A DNA stretch of 64,000 nucleotides from the NCBI GenBank assembly GCA_008632985.1, contig QPGO01000037.1:310001-374000 (forward strand). The letters run 5' to 3'. This DNA is from Psammoneis japonica. Lineage: Eukaryota. The position numbers and the translations under genes were made by a program. The notes under the pieces were generated by a model. That model worked only from the letters and a program-made list of their open reading frames with translations, was not told the origin of the DNA and ran no database searches. Shown here in pieces: positions 24,758 through 35,880 of this stretch. Position 1 is the stretch's first letter. Every line of letters starts with the position of its first letter.

Positions 24758-27700
24758 TGCACTGTGCTCGAAGAACGAGTGTAAACGAAAGTAGAATAGT
24801 GCACGAAAAGTGGAAATTATAAGATCAATTTTTGCTCTGTGATTTTTGGTTTCTCCGAACGAGTTCTCAATGGCCTAAAGCTTCTGTACTGCTTCTACAG
24901 ACAAAAGGCCTTTCGGAGAATATATTCGTGACAACAGATTGTCCGGATACGATTGCTATTGACACGTAAGATGTCAACATCGTCAATCGATCGTATTTGC
25001 AATTCTCGACATCCGATCAACTCTGTGTGATCGTTCTGTCCTTTGTACGCATCCACGACTGTGGTACGATTGACATATAAATAATATATAATCATAAATA
25101 TGTATATAACAGTCGCATACTGCATTCGCCTCCCTAATTGCACATTAGAGTCATTTGTAAGTGGATTATTCGACGGACATCGACAGTGTCAATAATGTCT
25201 CCACTTTCACTGTATTGTGCCATTAGCAATGACTGTTGTTGTTTTGTATAGGCAATATAGGGCCGTTCCAATTTCCGAATGTCTTTTGAGAGTGACATTG
25301 TTTGTTTCTCACTTAATATGTATATATATAGTATTACGTCGAGTATTCTCATTGACGTTCTTGTTGATATGAACACAAGGACTAATTGTCCTGGAGTAAG
25401 TGTTTTTCCTGATATCGATTGTACATAGCATCGTGCCCAGTACTTAATGTACGCTCTTAATTATGGCGTTCACTTACTTACTTGTGGATTTCATGTAGTT
25501 TGGCGGGCTTACTTTATATGCCATATTGCTCTGCTGCACTACCACGTTTCATAAGTAATAATAAACGATGGTCAAAGATATTATGACCATTTCGTCTTGA
25601 TAATCAATCCTGTGATGGTTATGAATTCCATTGTGGATTTTTTTTTTTTTGTACTTCAACCATCTATCAGTTGGATTTTAATCGTTATTTGGACGTTTTT
25701 TTCTGACATGCCGGTGTCATTTTGTCATTCCGAAGGCACTGGTTTCGTGCACTGAGTGGATGAATGTCCATTTTTCTTTTCTTTTTCTAGATCTTTGGCA
25801 CATCTCGTGTGTCGACATGATGTGTGTTTTAATGTCTTGCCTCGTACATTGTACAGTGCAACCGTGCGGGTGTTGTGAGATTGTCTTTTGCCAGTGTGAA
25901 GTGGACACGTGTGATGCACACCAATCTGTCACTGTTTTTTCCCAAATCGTCCTTTAAAATGGCGATTTTATCCTTGTGACATGAGCATTTTTCGATCTCG
26001 CTCGCCTCCACGAAAAGTGTTCGTATGACATGTCGCGTCCGACAATTTGGAGGGGAATGTCTTTATCCCGTTTTAACGGCAGGACATTGTCGCAGGATTC
26101 AATTTTCTGTGGCAAGTCGGCTGATCGCGTCTGTCGCGACGATGTTCGCCTTGCCCTCGTTGTGTTCTAATTTGGGGCTGAAGTTGTCAACGTGTGACTT
26201 TGTCCGTTGTGTCTTGTGATCCGTGTGTGCACAAATCTGTTGGCCAAACAGCACATTTCGGAATTTTATGAGTGTTTTCACCATGGACAGAAGTTCTTTT
26301 TTCCGTTGCAACGCACAACATTGAAATCCGTGCATGATGACAATGTGGTTTTTGATTTGATGCGCTCCACATTTTCGGAGACTTTTCGTTCCGTACTTGT
26401 GCTTTTGCCGTTTGACCTTCACTGAGGTGAATTTGGCTAGTGTTGTGCAGGAGATCGTTGAGACTGCATGTCTCGACAATGGTGACGCATGACAACGAGA
26501 TGTCGCAGTGTTCTTTGCGTTTTTCTCGTGTTGCGATTGCTTGAATCGCCTCCATTTTCTTTGCAATCGATTGCATGTCGTTGCGCATGGAAGTCTTGAC
26601 AGTTTATTTCAAGTTAAATGGTGAAGGACTTTTGTTGTCAACCTTCTAAGCGACTGTTCTGGTCATTTGAATGCCGCATTAAGCTGTCACTTGTGCAGGT
26701 GACATTTTGAAGTTACTTTTGTCAGGCACAAACGATCACACACAGTCGTTTTGACAACTTCAAACCTGTTGTGAGTTCACTCAAGTGTTGCACAAAAACA
26801 TCTGGGGCTCCACAGATTCTCATTGGAAGTCCGTGGCACTCATTTTCTCCCCACGGCATGATTTTCGTGTGAGCACGACGTGTGCTTTTTTTATTTGACA
26901 TGGTGGCATTCCATGTTTGAATCAAATGGATTGCATGTGTGAAACGTTCTTGCTTCAATGGCATTTCCTGAACATTGGGCAAAGGACACACCACCTGTGT
27001 GAACCTTGTGCCAAGCTTCTGAGTGTCGGATGCGGTCGAACTCGACCTGTTTTCTTTGGACAATGAGTCTCAGAGCGACTTGTTCAGAGCAATTTCATTC
27101 TCAAGACTTCAATCTTTCACAATGGGTCAAACTCCTTTTGATTGGACGCCTCCAAAGACTGTGATGGGAGAAGGTTCTCACGCGTCATGGAATCGCGTCA
27201 GATTTTCCACAATGAGATCCACTGATGCTTCCCATGCATTCGTCTGAGGAACTTTTCAAAACGATTTCAACCTCTTAAGAAGAAGATTGAGTTGGTTGTG
27301 TTCATTTGGGTTAGATGCATCGCCGCAGTTGTCACTTGATTAAGATCGATGGCGTGACAATGTGAGTCGAGGACCATTGGCTCCGTTGTTGACTCCATTC
27401 ACGGCGTCACATTTTTCAATGTGATCGGTTTTCAGCTTGAAAACATCGGCATCGAAGAGTGCATGAACATTCTTCATAAGGCAATTGCTTCTTCCCATTA
27501 GATTTCTGCATTTGCGCAGTCCAACATGACTTGCAGGACTGGACATTAAGTCGCGTCCCATGATCATGTCATTTGAACCTGAAGAAAATTTGGTGTTTTC
27601 AACATGTGCTGTTTGAATGTCACCATGCTTTAAATTTCGCATGGTGAGAACTGAATTCGGTGTTTGCTGTCAGTCGTAAAGAGCTCACCCTTGGTTTCCC

Positions 27701-28854
27701 AAGTTTTTGGTGGCGGATTCTTGTGTTCTCAACTTTCGCACGAATTTGCGCAAAATTGTGGTTGACGATGTTCCGTTGTCGACAGGAACACGCAGATGCT
27801 TTTTTTTTTTTTTTTTCCTTTCCCAAGGAAGCATTCACACAAATGATGACTCCTGGACCAGTGTGAATTATTTCTGCCTTTTTTTTCTAGGCTTCCTGAC
27901 ATCCAGCAAAGCGTGTAATTCGTGAACAGACCAAAATCATTCTTCGGATTCAGTCTGGATCATCCGATCAAATTGGTGTTTTTCTTCACTGAGGGCATCA
28001 GAATCTGATTCTTTGCCCTTGTGCTCTTTTTCTTTGTTCAAGGAACTTGCTTTGAGCATTTTTTTGAACCGCCTGATCAATCATGACGTTCATCTCTTTT
28101 TTTTGCGAGCGGCATTTTCGTTGTCGCGACGCGACCGCGTGCGATTGCCATTTGAACGGCGCATTTTTGGGTCTCTTTCAGAGTCACCCTTGCACTCTTT
28201 TGCTGGTTCATTTTCGGAATGGCTTTAATCCATGATGCAGGCATTCTTTTTTCAAAGATTGGACCTTTCACTCACTTTGGATTGTGGTGGTGCCATGTGG
28301 GAGACCATTTTTGGAACCAAAATTGGAACCTTTTTGATTGTGGAATCAACTGCGCTGTCAGAGCCCGAATTGATGTGTTTTTTTGTCACAGACGTCCTTG
28401 CCGACCTCTAGACGACTCAAACCTCAATCAGCTCGTCAAGGGTATGATGTGCACTATGCTCGAAGAACGAGTGTAAACGAAAGTAGAGTAAAGTTCAAAA
28501 AGTGAAAATTGTGAGAATTGTTTCTGCGCAATCATTTTGGGTTTCTCCGAACGGGTTCTCAACAGCCTAAACCTTTTGCACTGCTCCTACAGACAAAAGG
28601 CCTTTCGGAGAATATGATCGTGACAACAGATTGTCCGGATACGATTGACATTGACACGTAAGATGTCAACATCATCGTACGATCGCATTTGCGATTCTCG
28701 ACATCCGATCACTTCTGTGTGATTGATCTGTACTTCGTACGAACCCACGATTGACGTACGATTGAAATATGCTTTTATTTAATGTATAGATATACATATA
28801 TAATACGTACATGACAACGCATATTGCATTCGCCTCCCTAATTGCACATTAGAG

Positions 28855-31800
28855 TCAGTCGTTAAACGGCATTATTCGACGAATATTGACAGTGTCAATA
28901 ACGTTACCGCGTTTGATCTGTACTGTGCCATTAGTATGTACCGTTGTTATTACATACGGTCCAACATAGGGCTGTTCTAATTTTTGCGAGTCTTTCTCGA
29001 GTAGTATCTTTTCTCCTACTCTGTACGTGTAAGGAGTACGTCGAGCATTCTCTCGAGCGTTATTTTTATTTATGATTTCTTGTTTTCGCTGCTGGATTAA
29101 TTTCCAGTCTGCGACATGTTGGACGTTAAATATCATGTCTCTATTGAAGATTAGTTGTCCTGGTGTAGCTTGCGTAGTGGTATGATATGTAGAACGTACC
29201 GCAAATGCTACTGCTGATAGTATTCCAGCGAAAGGATCCTCAGTATCTAGAGGTGTATGTTGCAAATCAAATGTACGGAGCATGTTCCCCAGTACTTGAT
29301 GTACGCGTTCAATAATTGCGTTTGCTTGTGGATTTCGTGTAGTTATAGGCTTGACTTTAATGCCATAATCATCTTGCACCATTTCTTTAAATTGGTGTCC
29401 GATGAACTCACTTCCACGGTCATATGTAATTAACGATGGCCAAGGATATCTACTTAACCATGTTCGTTCTAGTAGTCCAGCTACAGTTATGGACTCCTTA
29501 TTTGGGATTTCCACAACTTCAAACCATCCGGTTGCTGGATCGATCATAGTTAAACATTTCAGGACTAGGGGTTTTTTCTTTCCCTTACGACGTATTTTGT
29601 ATGGCCCAATAAGATCCACACATAGTCGTTCCCATGGTACGGATTCTGCGCACTTAGGAGGTAAATGTCCATATTTCTTGTGTTTCTTTTTGAATTTTTG
29701 GCACGTCTCACATCTCGACACGTATTTTCGTATGTCTTCACGTAAGGTGGACCACCATAGGTGTTGTGAGATTGTTTCTTCTGTTCGATTTATGCCAGGG
29801 TGAAGAAGGTACGTATGATACCAATCTATCACTGCCTTTTGTAACGTCCTCGGGACGACAATTTTATCCTTATGACATATGAGCAACCGGTCTCGCTCGC
29901 CTCCACGAAAAGTCTTCGTATAAAACGTCTTATTTGACAATTGGGAGAGAATGTCTTTATCCCGTTTTTGTTCATAATCAAGAACTTTGTAATTTAACGG
30001 AAAGACATTGTCGTAGGATTTTGGTAGGACCTTTTCAGCTAGCTCTTCTGTGCTGAGGGTTTCCATAGGTTCTATTTTCTTCATAGTAAGTCGGCTAATC
30101 GCGTCTGCGACAATATTTGCCTTGCCCTCAAGGTATATTATTTCGGGACTGTATTCTTCTATTATTAGACGCCAACGCATGACTCTGTCCGTTGTGAAAT
30201 TTTTGTGTGTGAGATTTTTGTGATCCGTATATATATTTATCTGTTGGCCAAACAGTATATTTCGGAACTCTTTTAACGTCTCCACTATGGACAATAGCTC
30301 TTTTTCCGTTGTAGTATAACGCGTCTGCGCTCCATTCAGCTTGCGGCTGTAGAAGGCAATTGGTCGGTTTTTCTGAGTAATAACCGCCCCCAATTGAGAT
30401 TTACTAGCATCGGTATATATCTCAAAGGGTATATTAAAATTCGAGTATGATAATAGTATATCTTTGGAGATGATGCGCTTCATATTTTCGAAGGCTTTTT
30501 GTTCTGTTTCGGTCCATTGCCACTTTACTTGGGTAGAAGTGAGTTTGGCTAAGGGAGCTAAAACATGAGATCGTCGAGGCCACATGTCTCGATAGTAGTT
30601 GATCATGCTGATAAAGCGTCGCAATTCCTTGCGAGTTTTGGGAGTTGCGATCGCGCGAATCGCTTCCACTTTTTTTGGAATCGGACTGATGCCCTTGCGG
30701 GTGATGTGAAAGCCTAGATAGTCTACTTCGGGTTTAGCGAAAAAGGACTTCTCGGCGTTGACCTTCAATCCGGCTTGTTCTAGGCGTAAGAACACCGTTT
30801 CAAGCTTCTTGAGGTGGTCTTGAAAATCACCTTTTGCAAGACACAATGTGTCGTCAATGTAAGTTCTGACGAACTCCAGACCTGCCATGAGCTCACTCAT
30901 GTGCTCTTGGAAAATATCTGGAGCTCCACAGATTCCCATCGGGAGTCTACAGTGCTCACATTTGCCCCAAGGCATGACAATCGTGCACAAGCGACGTGCA
31001 TGTGGCGTCAATTCGACATGACAGTGTCCCATGTTTAAATCTAGGGACGTTGCATGCATGAAGCCTTCGAGCTTCTGTAGCATATCCTGAACATTGGGTG
31101 GAGGAAACGGAGTACGAATTAACCTCTTGTTTGGCTCACGAAAGTCGGACAAGAACCGAACTCTACCATTTTTCTTGGGTTGAACAAAGGTTGGAGCCGC
31201 CCATTCAGAACAATTTATTTTTCTCAAGACTTTCAACTTGCATGGTCTTTCAACCTCCTTACGAGTGGTCGCCTCCAAGGCTTGTGGCACGGGAAATGGT
31301 TTGGCATGATGCGGACTCACGCCCGATTTCAACTTTAAATCCACCGGTTTCCCGGTCCATTTGCCCAGAGAACCATCGAAAAGGTTTTCAAATCTTTTTA
31401 AGAGGAAGTTCAGCTGCTTCTGCTCTTCAGGAGTTAGATGAGCAGCTGCTGCGGTCACATTATTGAGGTTTGCAGCGTGATGGTCTGAGTCAAGGATCCG
31501 ATTGACCCTGTCATTAAGACCAATCACTGCATGAGATTCCTCAATGTGATCGGCAATCAACTTAAAAACATCGGCATCGAAGAGTGCATCAACATTCTTC
31601 ACAGGAGCAGTTGCATCTTCCCATTTAATTTCTTCATTCAAGAAGTCCAACATTGTCCCAAGACTTGACATTAAGTCGCGTCCCATGATCATGTCATGAC
31701 GACTCGAAGAAGAAGGGGAGTTGTCAACATGTGCCGTTGTTTCAATCATCTCATGTTTGTCAAATTCGGGCAAGGAGAATTGGATCTTACATCGACTGTC

Positions 31801-32055
31801 AGTCGTGAAGAGCCCTCCTTTGGTTTCCCAGAGTTTGGTGGCGGACACTTTTGTTCTGAGTTTCTGCGTGAATTTGCGCAAAATTATGGTTGACGATGTT
31901 CCGCTGTCGAGGAGAACGCGCAGAGGCTTGTTTTTCACCTCACCTGATGAAGCATTCACATGGGCGACGACTGCTGGACTAGCATGAATTACTTTGGCCC
32001 TTTTTCTGGGCTTCCTAACATCCAGCAGAGCGCAAGACTCCTCTTGCGGTGCAAG
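28855..32055 (-). CDS. Element C Pol (PR-RT-RNaseH-IN)
   Basis: LLDSG, YIDD, YTDAS, HPG...C..C, DLIGP, DRG, NAIIER and GPY motifs. The frame is open up to the gag stop. Confidence 0.92.
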   Translation of the reverse strand, partial: LAPQEESCALLDVRKPRKRAKVIHASPAVVAHVNASSGEVKNKPLRVLLDSGTSSTIILRKFTQKLRTKVSATKLWETKGGLFTTDSRCKIQFSLPEFDKHEMIETTAHVDNSPSSSSRHDMIMGRDLMSSLGTMLDFLNEEIKWEDATAPVKNVDALFDADVFKLIADHIEESHAVIGLNDRVNRILDSDHHAANLNNVTAAAAHLTPEEQKQLNFLLKRFENLFDGSLGKWTGKPVDLKLKSGVSPHHAKPFPVPQALEATTRKEVERPCKLKVLRKINCSEWAAPTFVQPKKNGRVRFLSDFREPNKRLIRTPFPPPNVQDMLQKLEGFMHATSLDLNMGHCHVELTPHARRLCTIVMPWGKCEHCRLPMGICGAPDIFQEHMSELMAGLEFVRTYIDDTLCLAKGDFQDHLKKLETVFLRLEQAGLKVNAEKSFFAKPEVDYLGFHITRKGISPIPKKVEAIRAIATPKTRKELRRFISMINYYRDMWPRRSHVLAPLAKLTSTQVKWQWTETEQKAFENMKRIISKDILLSYSNFNIPFEIYTDASKSQLGAVITQKNRPIAFYSRKLNGAQTRYTTTEKELLSIVETLKEFRNILFGQQINIYTDHKNLTHKNFTTDRVMRWRLIIEEYSPEIIYLEGKANIVADAISRLTMKKIEPMETLSTEELAEKVLPKSYDNVFPLNYKVLDYEQKRDKDILSQLSNKTFYTKTFRGGERDRLLICHKDKIVVPRTLQKAVIDWYHTYLLHPGINRTEETISQHLWWSTLREDIRKYVSRCETCQKFKKKHKKYGHLPPKCAESVPWERLCVDLIGPYKIRRKGKKKPLVLKCLTMIDPATGWFEVVEIPNKESITVAGLLERTWLSRYPWPSLITYDRGSEFIGHQFKEMVQDDYGIKVKPITTRNPQANAIIERVHQVLGNMLRTFDLQHTPLDTEDPFAGILSAVAFAVRSTYHTTTQATPGQLIFNRDMIFNVQHVADWKLIQQRKQEIINKNNARENARRTPYTYRVGEKILLEKDSQKLEQPYVGPYVITTVHTNGTVQIKRGNVIDTVNIRRIMPFND

Positions 32056-33210
32056 TCATTCCTCGGAATCACTGCGCGTCATTTTTTCAAACTGACAATT
32101 TTCCTCGTCAAGGGCATCAGAATCACAATCTTTGCTCTTGTGTTTTTCATCATTGTTCGAAGAACTCGCTTTGAGTAATTTTTGAACTGCTTGGATCGCC
32201 ATGGCATTCAACTCTTCTTTGCGAGCGGCGTCATCGTTATCGCGACGAGACCACGTGCGATTGCCATTTGAACGGCGCCGTTTCGGGTCGGGTTCATAGT
32301 TCCCACGGCGTTCTTTCGCAAGTCTTTTGATCGACCAGCACTTGTCCGTGTTGTGAGTGGATTTCTCGCATAAAATGCACCACTTCTCGGACTGAGATTT
32401 TTCGGTGCCATGTTGGTGACCATTTTTGGAACCACGTTGGGAACCACTCTTGGCTTTTGATGCAGCACCGCCACTGCCATCAGCCTTGGCATGAATGCCA
32501 TCAAACATGTCTTCTGCGACCTCTAGGCGCTCCAAGAACTCAACCAACTCGTCATGGGCATGTTTCAAAATTTCGAAACCCTGGACGGTCGACTGACGCT
32601 GCCACTTTCGAGGTGCAAGGTTGAAGAGGATGTCCTTGAGCTCGTTGTCCTCGATCTTCTGTTCCTTCCCAAAGGGAGGATAGAACTTGAGGTCTTCGTT
32701 GACTTCTTGGACCCAAGCAGCAATTTCGCGTACTTTCATGGACTCCGGCTTCTTGAGATCACGACGCAAATAACGTTTCTGCACCGAAAGTGCGTTCTTG
32801 GGAAACACATGCCTCGTGAGATGTTGTGGGCATTTCTCGAAGCTTCCTTCCGCAGATTCGTCTTCAAGGTTCGCTGCCGCATTCTCAAAAGCACGTAGAG
32901 CGTCTCCTTGGAGCAACACACGCATGAGACGAAACTTGTCAGATTGCTTCCTGACACTCTGGCCCACTGAAAGTTGATCGTAGCTCTTGAGAAATTCGAT
33001 GAACTTGGGGACACCTTGTTTCTTGTAGCACTCAACATTGATGGTGTGGGTGCGGCTGTCCTTCTTCTCGGGATGAAAACGTTGCTCCATCTTGAGGCAC
33101 TGGCTCGGTTTGAGGCTCTTCGGCTCGGAGTTCGATTCCAGCGGTTGAGGGACGATTTTCTCCTGCCTCAACGAAGTTTTGGCGTTGGTTGCATGAGGTG
33201 AAAGCTTCAT
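32056..33210 (-). CDS. Element C Gag
   Basis: QKRYLRR capsid-like motif and C..C....H....C zinc knuckle. Same frame as pol, separated by one TGA. Confidence 0.88.
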   Translation of the reverse strand: MKLSPHATNAKTSLRQEKIVPQPLESNSEPKSLKPSQCLKMEQRFHPEKKDSRTHTINVECYKKQGVPKFIEFLKSYDQLSVGQSVRKQSDKFRLMRVLLQGDALRAFENAAANLEDESAEGSFEKCPQHLTRHVFPKNALSVQKRYLRRDLKKPESMKVREIAAWVQEVNEDLKFYPPFGKEQKIEDNELKDILFNLAPRKWQRQSTVQGFEILKHAHDELVEFLERLEVAEDMFDGIHAKADGSGGAASKAKSGSQRGSKNGHQHGTEKSQSEKWCILCEKSTHNTDKCWSIKRLAKERRGNYEPDPKRRRSNGNRTWSRRDNDDAARKEELNAMAIQAVQKLLKASSSNNDEKHKSKDCDSDALDEENCQFEKMTRSDSEE

Positions 33211-35269
33211 CTTGAACTTGTTACCTTCTTGTGGTGTGCACACACAATGCACTGTGCTCAAAGAACGAGTGTAAACGAAAGTAGAGTAAAGTTCAAAAAG
33301 TGAAAATTATGAGAATCATTTCTGCGCAATCATTTTGGGTTTCTCCGAACGGGTTCTCAACAGCCTAAACCTTTTGCACTGCTCCTACAGACAAAAGGCC
33401 TTTCGGAGAATGTGATCGTGACAACAGATTGTCCGGATGCGATTGATGTTGACACGTAAGATGTCAACATCATCGTACGATCGCATTTGCGATTCTCGAC
33501 ATCCGATCACTTCTGTGTGATTGATCTGTACTTCGTACGAACCCACGATTGACGTACGATTGAAATGTGCTTTTATTTAATGTACAGATATACACACATA
33601 ATACGCACATGACAACGCACATTGCAGATCCAGCAGTTCAATGTTTTGGACAGCAGGCTGATGCTGCCATCCTTGCGGTGTGAGTGACAGCTGATAAATC
33701 AGCGCTCGGTTTCCCGCGAGATTCGACTTAGAATCCATCTGAGGGTCGCACAGACTCTCATCGTTGACCTCTTGGGTCTATCAGAGGCTTCTTTGCTGTT
33801 GAGCGGCTCTGGTTTCTTCAGGTCGTCTCGAAAATAATTTCCCTGATTCTGAAGTGCATTTCCTCAGAGGACATGAGTTGTGAGACGCTTGAGGTACTTT
33901 CCAACGATTCCCTCTTGCTCCTTGGACTCAAGGATCATCGATTCGGTCTCAAAAAACTCTCCAATAGTCTCTCCTTGCATGGTAGACGCATTTCTCGGAT
34001 CTGATCGACTCGGAACTTGCATTCTCTGCAACCATGACTTGGTGTAGATTTTTTGACAATGCGGTGCACTTGAGAGCCCTTGATCCTTGGGTGCTTGGAA
34101 TAGACCGCACCAGAGCGAATCCTCTTGTTTGGTGGACGAAAAACAGCGTTCCATCTTGAGGTGCTGCTCGGCTTGAGCTTCTTCCGCTCGGAAATCGATT
34201 CCAGCAGAACTGGTGCGATTCGTTCCTGTTTGTAGAAGAATTTGCAAAGGCACATTAGTTGAAATTTTCATTTTCCGTGCTTTTTACCTTCTGTGGTGTG
34301 CACACACAATGCACCATGCTCGAAGAACGAGTGTAAACGAAAGTAGAATAGTGTGCGAAAAGTGGAAATTATAAGATCAATTTTTGCTCTGTGATTTTTG
34401 GTTTCTCCGAACGAGTTCTCAATGGCCTAAAGCTTCTGTACTGCTTCTACAGACAAAAGGCCTTTCGGAGAATATATTCGTGACAACAGATTGTCCGGAT
34501 ACGATTGCTATTGACACGTAAGATGTCAACATCGTCAATCGATCGTATTTGCAATTCTCGACATCCGATCAACTCTGTGTGATCGTTCTGTCCTTTGTAC
34601 GCATCCACGACTGTGGTACGATTGACATATAAATAATATATAATCATAAATATGTATATAACAGTCGCATACTGCAGGGGCAAGTCTGCAAGTCAGGTGG
34701 GCCAGTGCGGGCGATCGGACGACGTACGTACATACAGAAAGGACAGTAGTACCGTACGTCACCCTCGGATCGTAACAGATTTCAACTGGCGCACAGACAG
34801 ATTTCTACGCGATTTCTACGTACCTCGTACAAATCACGTAGCCGTACTAGTACAAAACGTCTGCCCTCCACCCCAATGTGAAGTATTACGGCTGATGATT
34901 TTCATTCTCTCGATTTCGGGAAACTCGGTGCAATAAGGAGTCGACACCGTACTTGTAGGGGTCCTAGGACTGAAGTCAAAAGCTTGTCAAAAGGACGTCC
35001 GTAAGATGACAGAACAAACAAAGAGCTAAGCCTAGTGTCAAAGAATTATAATAAAACTGTTAAAAGACACCAGCTCGATTCCGAGGTAACGGTGACTAGA
35101 TGCAAAAAAACGATGCTGCTCATTGAATGGAGTGCGCTGTGTAAACCCCGGCCAGTCGCACGCTACTTTGCACCTCCGACAAGAATAGTATGAGACATGT
35201 AGTTTGCCTTGGTCTAGAGGTAGGCCACCACGTACACCATCAGAATTGTAAGCACGTTTGAAAACTAGG

Positions 35270-35880
35270 CGTAGCAGCAGTAGTAAGAAAGTAAACGGCA
35301 AAAATCCAAACGATGTCCCAATCGGTAAAGGTCCCGGGAAAGGTTTTGATCCACCACATCTTGACAGTGCTTAGCCTCATGCTGATAGATTTGGCTCATT
35401 CCCACGTCCCAGACTTTCCCACCTGCATATTCCTTGAAACCAACTGATCCACCATGAATGCCATTGTTTGTAACCCACAAAGATATCCTCCGAGAGATTG
35501 ATACCTTTTGAGGTCTTGCTGATACCACCATGAGAAATAAAAAAAGGACTGTCAGACAGATCAGGGTGTCCATAATGTAAGCGGGTGCAGAGAGGTCTTG
35601 TCAAAACCCTTCGTCCCAGCGTGACGAAAGAAACTAATGCCACGAAGTGTGGCAGAGAACTCAAAATCCCTGTATGTATGTGATCCACGAACACCACGGC
35701 TGGTATCATCAACATATTCGACAAAGTAAAATATCAGGCCATTTTGCGGGGAAGAATCTGCTTGTGGACCGAGAAACAAGCAGAATACGTGCCGGACCGC
35801 TAACGTCTGTTGGAAACACACCGAACACGCGCCGCGACGTCCAGAGCTCATCTCAAACACGCCAAAGGTGTCCCACACAT
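35270..35880 (-). pseudogene. Fragment of a 1,3-beta-glucan (callose) synthase, GT48/FKS family
   Basis: RLHYGHPD, GGISKTSKGINLSEDIF and DVGMSQIYQHEAK...QNLSRDLYRLGHRLDF motifs spread over several frames. Confidence 0.88.

Larger units (their letters stand above)
28450..33626 (-). mobile_element. Ty3/Gypsy element C nested in the gag of related element B
   Basis: LTRs of about 378 bp at 28450-28828 and 33249-33626, PPT after 28828, imperfect TSD GATG/GATC. The host gag sequence resumes in register after 33626. Confidence 0.95.
24758..34676 (-). mobile_element. Ty3/Gypsy element B (outer) with degraded internal region
   Basis: 367-bp LTRs at 24758-25124 and 34310-34676 (TGCA...TGCA), 4-bp TSD GGGG, PPT after 25124. 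Internal 25125-28449 plus 33627-34309 is a deleted, frameshifted homolog of element C. Confidence 0.93.

Noticed and set aside
13131..34676. Classical RIP or plain CpG decay as the sole explanation
   Set aside because: RIP would create TA rather than remove it. Young elements retain CG, and conserved Tyr codons and a TA TSD give TA as the ancestral state.
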